Positions 43,753 through 53,244 are shown, numbered from the stretch's first letter. The stretch: 64,000 bases of DNA from an uncultured Clostridia bacterium (GCA_934647235.1 CAKUFG010000008.1:6380-70379); one strand, 5' to 3'. The notes: generated by a model from the sequence alone, not told the origin. Translations and numbers: made by a program.

Positions 43753-44270
43753 GCGCTTCGTACCTTGCCGATCAGGCGCGGCGGCATCCCGCCCTGCGCC
43801 CGCGCGATGCGATCAAGCTGTGCTATCAGGCGGCCTACGGGGCCGAGCATTTGCTGCCCGATCCTGCCGCTGCGCGCGACTATCTGCACCGGGAGCTGAA
43901 CGCCTGCGCGCCGAACGCTGCGGAGCCGTTATACGAGGAAATCTCGCCCGATCTATGTCGGGTGAATCTGCGCGCCTGGAAAGCGCGCGCTTATCGGGAG
44001 GCTGCGCTGCTGGCGCTGTTTTTGCAGGCCTGCGCCCCCCGGCCGGATGGCGAAGCGCGTCTGGCTGCGCTGCTTTCGGAGGTCTCCGTGCTTTGCGCGC
44101 AGGGCCTTCTGCCCTTCGGGCTGCCGGAGTGGCAGGCGGAGCTGGACGATTATCGCCGTCAGCCGCCCCACGCGGTGCATCATTCCGAGGCATATCGTGC
44201 CGCCGAGCACCCCTGCTACCGCCTGGCCAGCACCGCCGCGCTGCAGGCATGGCTGCGGGAACGGACGTAG
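43749..44270 (+). CDS. hypothetical protein
   Basis: 173 aa starting MSASYLADQARRHP. Its ATG overlaps the upstream TGA (ATGA). No recognisable motif. Confidence 0.55.
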   Translation: MSASYLADQARRHPALRPRDAIKLCYQAAYGAEHLLPDPAAARDYLHRELNACAPNAAEPLYEEISPDLCRVNLRAWKARAYREAALLALFLQACAPRPDGEARLAALLSEVSVLCAQGLLPFGLPEWQAELDDYRRQPPHAVHHSEAYRAAEHPCYRLASTAALQAWLRERT

Positions 44271-44284
44271 GAAACAAAGGGTAT

Positions 44285-44676
44285 GATTCTTTCTTGGAGC
44301 CCAAGAAAGAATCAAAGAAGGCTGCGTGGGACGTGAAAGTCAAGCTGATAAAACTGGAAGGCGGAACTGCCGCGTATATTGATGCAGCAGTGTGGTCATG
44401 CAGCTTGAAAAAGCACGACCATAAAAGCCTTCCCCCAGAATGGGGGAAGGTGCTGAGCGCAGCGAAGCGGCTGAGGGGGAAATTCAGCAATTTGTATATG
44501 TTGGAAAACGCGGCCAACCAAAAGGCTTCTCCTTGAGGAGAAGCTGTCGGGCTTGTCCCGACTGATGAGGTGTATCCGCCGCAGCGGCGTTATCTCTTAT
44601 AGATTACAATAACGGCCACTACGTGGCCTGCACCCCCCACCGCCTACGGCGAGCCTCTTCTCAAGGAAAAGCCTTC
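44285..44676. repeat. mosaic intergenic repeat cluster (family A, inverted B fragment, full family-B unit)
   Basis: - 44285-44410 is family A, with hairpin GATTCTTTCTTGG/CCAAGAAAGAATC.
- 44420-44480 is a B fragment.
- 44521-44676 is a full B unit, and its last hairpin overlaps the 3' end of the CDS at 44661. Confidence 0.8.
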
Positions 44677-45215
44677 ACAACCTTCCTTTGCCGCTGCATC
44701 AGGCGGATGATTCGCGGGCGATTATAGCGCTGCATGATCACAAAAACCATGTCCAGCGCGGCGGACAGGATGGACGTGATGATAAACGCCGGATACGCGC
44801 CGAACCACGCGCCCGCTGCGATGGGCAGCAGGCTGCACACCGCGATGGCCTCATGCACAAGCTCTGCCTGGCACATGGCCTGCGCGATTTCATCCCAGCT
44901 ATGCACGTGCGGGTCAAAGAGTTCAGGGTGGTAGGTAGGCATTTTGCCCTTCCATTTCTGCACGCGCAGCTTTTCGTACAGGGCGGTTTCCAGCCTGCTT
45001 ACCTGATACCACCGCCTGGTGTAATCCGCGTGATTGTGCATCGCGGTGTTGAAGATCAGCCCGATCAGCAGGCGCATGACAAAATGATAGGCAAAGGTTC
45101 CAAGGGTGATGGCCAGCGTGAGCCATATGCCGCCCGCAGTCCGGCCGTACAGGATGGCCGATGCGGCCGTCCCTGCCGAGAAAAAAGCGGCAAGCAGCTT
45201 TAATATCGTTGCCAT
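44661..45215 (-). CDS. hypothetical polytopic membrane protein
   Basis: 184 aa with 4 or more TM segments and a C-terminal QRYNRPRIIRL. The last codons and the stop lie inside a repeat hairpin. Confidence 0.6.
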   Translation of the reverse strand: MATILKLLAAFFSAGTAASAILYGRTAGGIWLTLAITLGTFAYHFVMRLLIGLIFNTAMHNHADYTRRWYQVSRLETALYEKLRVQKWKGKMPTYHPELFDPHVHSWDEIAQAMCQAELVHEAIAVCSLLPIAAGAWFGAYPAFIITSILSAALDMVFVIMQRYNRPRIIRLMQRQRKVVKAFP

Positions 45216-45271
45216 GATTGCGTCTCCAGGACATTAAGGAAAAGTAGTCGCAGCGTCATCTTCTGTGAATA

Positions 45272-45784
45272 TTATGTGCTTTTTTGATTTATCGCACCCC
45301 GCGCCGACTCCTCGTCCCCCTGCAGATCTTTGCAGACCAGCACGACGTCCGCCGTGCGCGCGGCGACTTCAAACCCGCAGGACAGGAACAACGCCACGCT
45401 GGGATTGTCCGCCGCGATGTCGTCATACAGCGCCGACACGCCCTGCGCGCGCGCCGCATCGCACAAAAGCTGCAGGCCCTCGCGCCCATAGCCCTGATGG
45501 CGATAGCGCGCGTGCACGATGATATCGCAGATATAAATACGCTGCGCTTCATCATAACGATAGGCCGCCTCGCCCACGAATATGCCGTCCTCGCGGGCCA
45601 GATAGCGATAAAAGCACGCGCCGTTTGCCGCGTCCAGCCAGCGCGCAGCCCAGCTCTCCCAGCGGGCAGGGGGAAAATCAATCGTGCCGCCATAGGCATG
45701 ATTGTAGCTCATCGTGTCGGGATCGGCGAGCAGTTCCTGCCGGAAGCGCAGCTCCTCCCGCGTGGGTTTGTGCAGGTGCAGCAT
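45272..45784 (-). CDS. GNAT-family N-acetyltransferase
   Basis: 170 aa with the acetyl-CoA loop HARYRHQGYGREGLQLL. Confidence 0.8.
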   Translation of the reverse strand: MLHLHKPTREELRFRQELLADPDTMSYNHAYGGTIDFPPARWESWAARWLDAANGACFYRYLAREDGIFVGEAAYRYDEAQRIYICDIIVHARYRHQGYGREGLQLLCDAARAQGVSALYDDIAADNPSVALFLSCGFEVAARTADVVLVCKDLQGDEESARGAINQKST

Positions 45785-45808
45785 GTGCGTACCCTCCTTT
45801 GCGTCGGC

Positions 45809-46459
45809 TCAGTCCTGCTCCGTTTCGTCGTCGGCGGCGCTTTCGTCCTTGCCCTCGGCGATGATTTGCAGGGCGCGGCGGGCGATATCCGCGTCATACC
45901 CGTGGCGCGCCAGCATCGCCAGCGTGCGGTCGTAGAGCGAGCGGTTGAAATCCCCCTGCGTGCGGGCCAGGAACTTGCCCGTCAGCCGCACCGCGTCGGC
46001 CAATTGCTCCTCGTCGGACAATTCGGATACGGCGCTTTGCGCCACCTCGCGGCTGACCCCGCGCCGGGTCAGCTCCCGCTCAATGCGGCTGCGGCCATGC
46101 TTGTGCGCGCGGCTCTGCGCCCAGCGCTGGGCATAGGCTTCGTCGTTCAGCAGCTCGGCGTCGTACAGCTTTTCAATCACCCGATCCACACACGCGGCGG
46201 GATAGCCGATATCCAGCAGGCGGCGGCGCACCTCGTTTTCGCTGCGGTCGCACAGCGAGAGCAGCCGCACCGCGTGATCCAGCGCGTGCGTGTATCCGCG
46301 CTGGACGATAAACAGCCGGTACGCCTGGGTATCCAGCGTCTCGCCTGCGCGCACGGGGCGCTCGCGCAGCAGGGACAGCGGCACGCGCAGCACGCCGCTT
46401 TCCAATTGCAGCACGGCGCAGCCGCGCGTCTTTTTTATTTCAAGCACTCTTTCAATCAT
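45809..46459 (-). CDS. recX: RecX-family regulatory protein
   Basis: 216 aa with RSENEVRRRLLDIGY...VIEKLYDAELLNDEAYAQRWA, a three-helix repeat pattern. Confidence 0.8.
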   Translation of the reverse strand: MIERVLEIKKTRGCAVLQLESGVLRVPLSLLRERPVRAGETLDTQAYRLFIVQRGYTHALDHAVRLLSLCDRSENEVRRRLLDIGYPAACVDRVIEKLYDAELLNDEAYAQRWAQSRAHKHGRSRIERELTRRGVSREVAQSAVSELSDEEQLADAVRLTGKFLARTQGDFNRSLYDRTLAMLARHGYDADIARRALQIIAEGKDESAADDETEQD

Positions 46460-47600
46460 CGGTAAATACCTGCCTCATCATCGCTTTGTTCAGGTCGGAC
46501 AGCACGCCGTCGCGCGCCTCGCTTGCGCCGCTGGTCAGCAGCGCGAAGCCGCGATGCGACTGCGGATCGTAAAACAGCCCGTGCATCGCGCCATAGGCCA
46601 GGCCCTGATGCCCGTACAGCGTTTGCGGGCACACGGCCGCATCCTGCACGACGAACGTGCCCAACCCCTCAGTCAGATTATACGCCCGCGCGCCGAAGGG
46701 CGCAATCCCTCGGCGCATATCCGCATAGCGCGGCTGCATGGCCTCGCGGCCCAGCTGGGCCAGCGCCGGCGCGGAGATATACAGGTTTCCCTGCGACAGC
46801 AGGTAATGCCGGGCGGGATCGGGCGCGGGGGCGGGCAGCGGACGCGCGCGACGCAGGGCGTTGTTCAGCGTGGGCGCGGCCTGCGCGGGCAGCACGCGGA
46901 AAGCGTCGGCCATATTCTCTCCCGCCTTTTGCGGATAGAACGTGGCCGCCACGTTTAGCGGCTCAAACAGCGCGCGCTGCATGATAGTTTCAAAGTCCTG
47001 CCCCAGCATGCCTTCCAGCACGCAGGCGACGATGCCCGCGCCCAGGTTGGAATAGACAAAGCGGTCGGGCGCGGGGGCGAAGCAATCGCCGGGAAACAGC
47101 GCGTTCAGCGGCGGATTCTCCCTGCACGCGGCGGCATAGGACGCGCCGTCCTGAATGCCTGCGGTATGCGACAGCAGCCGCCGCAGGGTGACGGGCAGCT
47201 TGGGCGCAGCCGGATGCCGCAGCGAGCAGGGCAGGTACGCATCCACGTCTGCGTCCAGATCGATCTGTCCCGCCTGCGCAAGACGCATGACGGCCAGGGC
47301 GGTGACATGCTTGCTGACCGAGGCCGCCCGGAACACCGTATCCGGCGCAACGGGCACGGGGCGGCCGCTTTCAAAGCGCGCCGCGCCATAGGCAAGCGTG
47401 CCGGTGACAGCCGCATCGTCAAACAGCGCCACCGCCGCGCCCACGGCGCAGTGAGCCTGGAGCGCGCGGCGAATGCCCTCTGCCTGCCGGGCGGGAATAT
47501 TGCCCTGCGCGCGAAAGAGCTGCGCGCCCACGCGCAGCCAGGCTGGCCGCGGCTGCAGCGCCAGCGCCGCGCGATAGAGCGAGGCTTTCCATTTTTCCAC
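46452..47600 (-). CDS. serine hydrolase (beta-lactamase/PBP4-like family)
   Basis: SxxK motif FRAASVSKHVTALAV. GTG start after a GAGGTGA RBS. It overlaps recX by 8 nt. Confidence 0.8.
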   Translation of the reverse strand: MEKWKASLYRAALALQPRPAWLRVGAQLFRAQGNIPARQAEGIRRALQAHCAVGAAVALFDDAAVTGTLAYGAARFESGRPVPVAPDTVFRAASVSKHVTALAVMRLAQAGQIDLDADVDAYLPCSLRHPAAPKLPVTLRRLLSHTAGIQDGASYAAACRENPPLNALFPGDCFAPAPDRFVYSNLGAGIVACVLEGMLGQDFETIMQRALFEPLNVAATFYPQKAGENMADAFRVLPAQAAPTLNNALRRARPLPAPAPDPARHYLLSQGNLYISAPALAQLGREAMQPRYADMRRGIAPFGARAYNLTEGLGTFVVQDAAVCPQTLYGHQGLAYGAMHGLFYDPQSHRGFALLTSGASEARDGVLSDLNKAMMRQVFTDD

Positions 47601-47674
47601 AGTTTCACCTCATACTTTCTTCACTGATGGGACATACTGTGTGCGTACCCAATCAAACAAGGAGGGATTTGTTT

Positions 47675-47884
47675 ATGGCTTCTCAATGCGGATGCAGCCT
47701 GACCAGCAAGGATTTGACGGTCATCGAGGATCAGCTGACCCATCTGGCCACCGCCTGCCGCGTGGCGCAGGGCTATGCCGGCAGCTTTCAGAACCCGCAG
47801 CTGCGCACCCTGGCGGGCGCCATTGCGCAGCATCATCGTCAGCAGTTCGACGCGCTGTACGCCTTTTTGAACGGCTGTCAGTAA
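47675..47884 (+). CDS. small hypothetical protein paired with a CotF-like gene
   Basis: 69 aa, MASQCGCSLTSKDLTVIEDQL.... AAGGAGGG RBS. It lies 18 nt upstream of the coat-F-like ORF. Confidence 0.55.
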   Translation: MASQCGCSLTSKDLTVIEDQLTHLATACRVAQGYAGSFQNPQLRTLAGAIAQHHRQQFDALYAFLNGCQ

Positions 47885-47902
47885 CAGGGAGGGAATGAGA
47901 AT

Positions 47903-48214
47903 ATGCAAACCTATCAGAATCAGCAGGGCATGAACCAGCAGCCCGCGCCCATGGGCCTGAGCGATCAGGAATTGGCCTACGATCTGCTCTATCAGGAAAA
48001 GGCGCTGATGGCCAACATCTCCTCCGAGGTGGTGGAGGGCAGCCATGCGGGCCTGCGCAACGTGCTCAACGATATGTTCATGCAGATCGGCCAGGATCAG
48101 CTGCAGGTGTTCCAGATCATGAACGAGCAGGGCTGGTATCAGACCAAGCCCGCCCCGCAGCCTGAGCTGCAGACGGCCAAGCAGAAATATCAGCAGATGC
48201 GCCAGGGCCTGTAA
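47903..48214 (+). CDS. spore coat protein F-like (Coat_F domain)
   Basis: LSDQELAYDLLYQEKALMANISSEVVEGSHAGLRNVLNDMF pattern typical of CotF-like proteins. Confidence 0.7.
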   Translation: MQTYQNQQGMNQQPAPMGLSDQELAYDLLYQEKALMANISSEVVEGSHAGLRNVLNDMFMQIGQDQLQVFQIMNEQGWYQTKPAPQPELQTAKQKYQQMRQGL

Positions 48215-48261
48215 GGCGGCGCGGACTTACCCGGCTGGGCTGAAACGCCTGGCCGGGTTTT

Positions 48262-48432
48262 GCGTGGAAGGGACGAAGGAAACGTTACTTTCTTCAGTGA
48301 AGAAAGTAACAAAGAACCTGTATTGTGGCCGTAAAAGCTGCTGGAATAAAACTGGAAGGCGGCACTGCCGCTTGAGGCCCTGCGCTGATCTGCGATCAGC
48401 ATGTCACGGGGAGTGAGGATTGGATGCAGCAA
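48262..48432. repeat. family-A repeat copy
   Basis: Hairpin GTTACTTTCTTC-AGT-GAAGAAAGTAAC, then AAAGAACCTGT...CTGGAAGGCGGCACTGCCGC. It aligns with 1566-1760 and 44285-44410, and in inverted orientation with 55335-55590. Confidence 0.85.
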
Positions 48433-48458
48433 TCATGCGTAGCGATTGGCGATAGGAT

Positions 48459-50654
48459 TTACTCCCCCGCAGGGATTTCCCCCAGCCGCTGGCACAGGGC
48501 GGTATAGCGGCGAGCGATATGGTTGTTATTGACCATAGCGGAGATGGCGTCCTCGCGGCCCACCAGCACCACCAGCTCCTTGGCGCGGGTAAGGGCAGTG
48601 TAAAACAGATTGCGCGTCAGCAGCATGGGCGGGCCGCCCACGCAGGGCATCACCACGCAGGCAAACTCGCTGCCCTGGCTTTTGTGCACGGACAGGCAAT
48701 AGGCCAGCTCCAGCTCCTCCAGCATGGCGTATTCATACTCGGCCGTGCGTCCATCGTCAAAGAATACCACCAGCGTTTTTTCCTCGGTATCCACGGTCAG
48801 CACAATGCCCATATCGCCGTTGAAAACGCCCGTGCCGTCGCTGTCGTCCTCGCCCATCCATTCCAGCTGATAGTTGTTCTTGATGTGCATCACCTTGTCG
48901 CCCTGGCGGAAGATGCGCTCGCCGTACTGAATTTCAGGTTTTTTGGGGCAGGGCGGGTTGAGGGCGGCCTGCAGCATGGCGTTGAGGGCGATCACGCCGC
49001 ACGCGCCCTTCTTGGTGGGAGAAAGCACCTGGATGGCGTGCAGGGGATCGGCGCACTTCATGTAGGCGGGCAGCCGGCGGCGGCAAAGCTCCACCACCGC
49101 GCGGGCGGAATCCTCGGGATAGGCGTGGCGCTCAAAAAAGAAATTGCTGTTTTTCTGGTTCAGCACAGGCATTTCGCCATGGTTGATGGCGTGGGCGTTG
49201 CGCACGATCAGGCTGCTTTCGCTTTGGCGGAAGATCTCGCTGAGCCGCACCGAGGCGATCACCCCGCTGCGCAGGATATCCCCCAGCACGTTGCCCGCGC
49301 CCACGGAGGGCAGCTGATCGGCGTCGCCCACCAGAATCAGCCGCGCGCCGCGCGGCAGCGCGCGCAGGAAGGCGCGCATCAGGAACACATCCACCATGGA
49401 CATCTCATCCACAATCAGGCAGGTGCAATCCAGCGGATTTTCCTCATCGCGCGTAAACTCGCCGCTGTCGCCGCCGTATTCCAGCAGGCGGTGCAGCGTG
49501 CTGGCCTCGCGCCCGGTGGCCTCGCTCATGCGCTTGGCGGCGCGACCGGTAGGGGCGGCCAGCAGCACGCTTTCGCTGTCCAGCAGGGACAGGATGCAGT
49601 TGATAATCGTGGTTTTGCCCGTGCCGGGGCCGCCGGTGATAACCAGCAAGCCCTGCTGCGCGGCCATGGAAATGGCCTTTTTCTGCGTGGGCGAAAACGA
49701 AATGCCCTTGGCCTTTTCAAAATTGCGGATCTGCGCGTCCACCGTGCCGTCCATGATGGTCTGCGACGCGGCCTGCAGATCGCGCAGGCGGCGGGCGATC
49801 TCGCTTTCCGCCTGCCACATCTGGGGCAGAAAAACGCCCTCCACGCCATCCATCACATGCGCGCGCAGCTTGCGGTCCAGCAGCAGCGCCGTCAGGTGCG
49901 TCTGCAATAGCTGCGGATCCACCCGCAAAAGCCTTCCGGCCAGGGTCAGCAATTCGTCCATGGGCAGGTAGGTATGCCCCGCCGAGGCGGCGGCCTCCTG
50001 CAGGGCGTAGATCAGCCCGGCGGACAGGCGGCTGTCGCTTTCGGGCGCAACGCCCATGGACAGGGCGATGCGGTCGGCGGTCAGAAAGCCCACGCCCTCC
50101 ACATCCTCCACCAGGCGGTAGGGGTTGTCCTGGATCACCTCGCGCGTGCGCTCGCCGTACACCTTGCTGATCTTCACCGCCATGCCGGGCGTTACGCCAT
50201 AGGATTGCAGAAAGATCATGGCCTGCCGGGTAGCATACTGCTCCCGGAAGCTGTCGCCGATCTGTTGGGCGCGCTTTACGCCGATGCCCGGCACCTCGCT
50301 GAGCCGATGCGGCTGCTGGCTGAGGATATCCATGGTTTTCAGCCCAAACTCCTGCACGATCAGCCGCGCCGTGGCCGCGCCTACGCCGCGAATAAGGCCC
50401 GAAGCCAGATACCGCTCGATGCCAAGCAGGGTAGAGGGCGCCAGCACCTCGCAGCTGGCGGCCTTGAACTGCTTGCCATATTGCGGGTGCTGCACCCACT
50501 CGCCCTGAAACACCGCCTGCTCGCCCGCGGCCACCTCAGGCATCACGCCCACCACGGTGACGTTTTCACGCCCGGCGCGCACGGTCAGCACGGTATAGCC
50601 GTTTTCGGCATTGCGAAAGGCCGTTTCGTTTATGGTTGCGCGTAATTCTTCCAT
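48459..50654 (-). CDS. recD2: SF1B ATP-dependent DNA helicase RecD2-like
   Basis: Walker A ITGGPGTGKTT, the DEMSMVD motif, and an N-terminal OB/HhH region. I moved the start to the ATG at 50654 (MEELRATINE). Confidence 0.85.
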   Translation of the reverse strand: MEELRATINETAFRNAENGYTVLTVRAGRENVTVVGVMPEVAAGEQAVFQGEWVQHPQYGKQFKAASCEVLAPSTLLGIERYLASGLIRGVGAATARLIVQEFGLKTMDILSQQPHRLSEVPGIGVKRAQQIGDSFREQYATRQAMIFLQSYGVTPGMAVKISKVYGERTREVIQDNPYRLVEDVEGVGFLTADRIALSMGVAPESDSRLSAGLIYALQEAAASAGHTYLPMDELLTLAGRLLRVDPQLLQTHLTALLLDRKLRAHVMDGVEGVFLPQMWQAESEIARRLRDLQAASQTIMDGTVDAQIRNFEKAKGISFSPTQKKAISMAAQQGLLVITGGPGTGKTTIINCILSLLDSESVLLAAPTGRAAKRMSEATGREASTLHRLLEYGGDSGEFTRDEENPLDCTCLIVDEMSMVDVFLMRAFLRALPRGARLILVGDADQLPSVGAGNVLGDILRSGVIASVRLSEIFRQSESSLIVRNAHAINHGEMPVLNQKNSNFFFERHAYPEDSARAVVELCRRRLPAYMKCADPLHAIQVLSPTKKGACGVIALNAMLQAALNPPCPKKPEIQYGERIFRQGDKVMHIKNNYQLEWMGEDDSDGTGVFNGDMGIVLTVDTEEKTLVVFFDDGRTAEYEYAMLEELELAYCLSVHKSQGSEFACVVMPCVGGPPMLLTRNLFYTALTRAKELVVLVGREDAISAMVNNNHIARRYTALCQRLGEIPAGE

Positions 50655-50664
50655 CGATCTTTCC

Positions 50665-51384
50665 TTACGGTTCAGTCTTGTTCCACAGCCCATAGCGGCT
50701 GTCGTCCTTGAGGGCGGTGAGCAGGTATTCCTTGGCGCGCGGATAGCGGCGGGACAGCTCCTCAAGCATGTTTTTCATTTCCTGCCGGGTGGTGTGCCCA
50801 TCCGCCGGGCAGGGGTTTTTGACCACGGGCACGGCGTATTTTTTAGCCAGGTGGATGATCTCGCGCTCGGGCGCGTACACCATGGGGCGAATCACCGTGA
50901 CCCCGCTGTCCTCCATGTGCGTGACGGGATGGAAGGTATGCAGCCGGGCCTCGTAGAGCACGCTCATCAGCAGCGTTTCCTCCGCATCCTCGCGGTGATG
51001 TCCCAGCGCCAGCTTGCTGCAGCCCTGCTCGGCCGCCATGCGCAGCAGCGCGCCGCGCCGCAGCCGCGCGCACAGGGCGCAGGGGTTTTCCTCGCGCCGC
51101 ACGTCAAAAAGCTGGTGGATGAGGTCGCACTCCTCCACCACATAGGGCACGTTCAGCTCCCCGCACAGCGCGCGGATGGGCGCAACGTCGAAGGGATCGC
51201 CCGTTTTGAGGGTGATGGCGACCACCTCAAAGGGCTTGACGGCAAAGCGGCTGTACACCGCCAGCGCGCGCAGCAGCATCAGGCTGTCCTTGCCGCCCGA
51301 TACGCCCACGGCCACGCGGTCGCCGCGCGCAATCATGTGAAAATCTTCGTCCGCCCGGCGAATATCGCCCAGAAGCCGCTTCAT
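50665..51384 (-). CDS. ttcA: PP-loop ATPase, tRNA 2-thiocytidine synthase TtcA-like
   Basis: SGGKDS PP-loop and CALCARLRRG motif. I moved the start to 51384, which follows an AAGGAGA RBS. Confidence 0.75.
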   Translation of the reverse strand: MKRLLGDIRRADEDFHMIARGDRVAVGVSGGKDSLMLLRALAVYSRFAVKPFEVVAITLKTGDPFDVAPIRALCGELNVPYVVEECDLIHQLFDVRREENPCALCARLRRGALLRMAAEQGCSKLALGHHREDAEETLLMSVLYEARLHTFHPVTHMEDSGVTVIRPMVYAPEREIIHLAKKYAVPVVKNPCPADGHTTRQEMKNMLEELSRRYPRAKEYLLTALKDDSRYGLWNKTEP

Positions 51385-51486
51385 GGTGATGTCTCCTTGT
51401 GAAAAAATCAAATACAGTGATTGCTTTGACAGCCGTGCGCAATAATTAGCAATTGCGTTGCGATATTCCCATCAACGCACCGCGCT

Positions 51487-51646
51487 AAAGGCTTCTCCTT
51501 GGGGAGAAGCTCCGCCGTAGGCGGTGATGAGGTGTAGGCTACGAAGTAGCCGTTATCATAACTAAATAAAGGATAACGCCGCAGCGGCGGCTACACCTCA
51601 TCCGCTTCACTGCGTTCAGCACCTTCCCCTCCAAGGGGAAGGCCTT
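51487..51646. repeat. family-B repeat unit
   Basis: GGCTTCTCCTTGGGGAGAAGC hairpin, CCGCCGTAGGCGG, the pair GATGAGGTGTAGGC...GCTACACCTCATC, and a terminal CCTTCCCCTCCAAGGGGAAGG hairpin. Confidence 0.85.
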
Positions 51647-51682
51647 CTGTCTGCCAAGCCTCGCGCACCCAGCAGGCGTTTT

Positions 51683-53233
51683 TTACTGCACAATGCTCCC
51701 ATCCCGCAGGAAAACGCCGGGCCAATAGATCACCCCGGCCAGGGTATCGCGCTGCGCCCCGGCAAAGAAGAAGCACACGCCGCTCACACCGGGCAGCTCG
51801 GTCAGGGTGTTGACCAGCGCGTAAGCCATCAGCCGCTCGGAGGCAGGCTCCACCTGCGCCATATCGGCCGCCGCATGCTGGGACAGGTTCAGCAGCAGCG
51901 TCGTGCCGCTCAGGCCCAGACCCAGCACATCCGCGTCGCCCAGGGTATCGGGCAGTACGGCCTGAATGCCCGCCGCGTTGTCGCAGGGCTGGGGGCCCTG
52001 CATCAGGCAGTTGATCAGATACCGCGCCGAGCGCGTTTCATAATAGGGAATAGGCCGCTGCACGGCGGTCAGATGGCCCGCGCCGTCGCTGAAATACAGC
52101 GTGCAGTTGGACAGGAGAAAATGCGAAAAATCGCTGCGGCGCATCACGCCGTTCTGGAAATTGACCGGCTCGTCCGCACCCTCGTACACGCCGCCGGGCA
52201 CCACCACGGATACCAGCTCGTCCCCGATATAGGCCGTCACGCCGCTCAGGCCGGGCACAAAGGTGGTCAGCGTGTAGGTCAGCGCGGCCATCATCACCGA
52301 GCGCGGAATGCCTGCGGCAATCAGCGCATCGTTAAAGCTCTGGGTAAAGCGCAGCACGGCGCACTGGCCGCCCGACACGGCGATTTCCTGCACGGCCGGG
52401 GCCTCGGTCAGGTAGGCGGACAGATCGGGCATGGCGGGGGTGTTGCCCAGCGTCTGCGCACCCTGGGACAGGGCGGACAGCAGGGTTTTGATCATCTCGC
52501 CCTTATCGCGCCCGGCAAAGCTGAGCGTGCGCGTTTCGGCCAGGATGCCCTTGCCCGAGTAGGTGGGATAATACAGCGTGGCGTTCAGGCTGATGCGCCG
52601 GTCGGCGGGCGCGGCGGACTGCGTCTGCGCGGCGGTCAGCATGGCGTCGATGGTATCGGCGGCGTTGGCGGCAAAGCAGCCCGCAGGCACGCTGGCGCCC
52701 ACGTCCAGGCCGGGCTGAATGGAGCTGACCAGCACGTTGACATAGCGGATATCGCCCCACTGCGCAAGCGTATTGGCGATGGCCTGGCACACAACGTACA
52801 GATCGCTGTGCGACAGCGACAGCGCCGAGGCGGCCAGGTTGACCGTGGCGGTATCGCCTGAAATTTCCACGGGATTGACGGTGGACAGCTGCAACGTCAC
52901 ATCGGGGCTCAGGCTTTGCGCGCTGTCATTGCCCGCAAAGGCGAACAGGCGGCGCAGCGTGGCCTCGGCCGGGTGGCGCGCGGCGGACAGCACAATTTTT
53001 TCAGTCTGGGCGATCAGGCGCGTGCCGGCGGCGTTTGGCACATACAGCAGCACGCTCTGCGCCGTTTCCTGATTGGTATCGCCCGTGGGCGCGTCATATT
53101 CCACCTGCGCGGGCGGCAGGGTGACGGAGCTGGTTTTATTCAGCGCGTCCACGCCCGCCACGCACCCGCACAGGCACAGGCACAGCGCCAGACACAACGC
53201 CGATACAAGCGCGCGCTTGATTTTCATTCGCAT
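51683..53233 (-). CDS. GerMN-like sporulation/germination lipoprotein (two-domain)
   Basis: Lipobox LCLCGC. LLYVPNAAGTRLIAQTEKIVL...RRLF resembles the GerMN pattern. I chose the start at the ATG at 53233 (GAGGGGG RBS); the track GTG at 53248 is also possible. Confidence 0.55.
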   Translation of the reverse strand: MRMKIKRALVSALCLALCLCLCGCVAGVDALNKTSSVTLPPAQVEYDAPTGDTNQETAQSVLLYVPNAAGTRLIAQTEKIVLSAARHPAEATLRRLFAFAGNDSAQSLSPDVTLQLSTVNPVEISGDTATVNLAASALSLSHSDLYVVCQAIANTLAQWGDIRYVNVLVSSIQPGLDVGASVPAGCFAANAADTIDAMLTAAQTQSAAPADRRISLNATLYYPTYSGKGILAETRTLSFAGRDKGEMIKTLLSALSQGAQTLGNTPAMPDLSAYLTEAPAVQEIAVSGGQCAVLRFTQSFNDALIAAGIPRSVMMAALTYTLTTFVPGLSGVTAYIGDELVSVVVPGGVYEGADEPVNFQNGVMRRSDFSHFLLSNCTLYFSDGAGHLTAVQRPIPYYETRSARYLINCLMQGPQPCDNAAGIQAVLPDTLGDADVLGLGLSGTTLLLNLSQHAAADMAQVEPASERLMAYALVNTLTELPGVSGVCFFFAGAQRDTLAGVIYWPGVFLRDGSIVQ

Positions 53234-53244
53234 GTTCAGCCCCC

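Noticed and set aside
43813-44536. 234-238-aa ORFs on both strands overlapping the 173-aa gene and the repeat cluster
   Set aside because: They are Arg/Ala/Pro-rich low-complexity translations that run into repeat DNA. The plus-strand frame starting at 43749, with ATGA coupling, is the better model.
51425-51439. Shared 15-mer CTTTGACAGCCGTGC at 51425 and 59618, both next to AT-rich -10-like hexamers
   Set aside because: A 15-mer repeat is expected by chance a few times when 64 kb is compared against itself on both strands. The flanks do not align, so I did not treat it as a motif.
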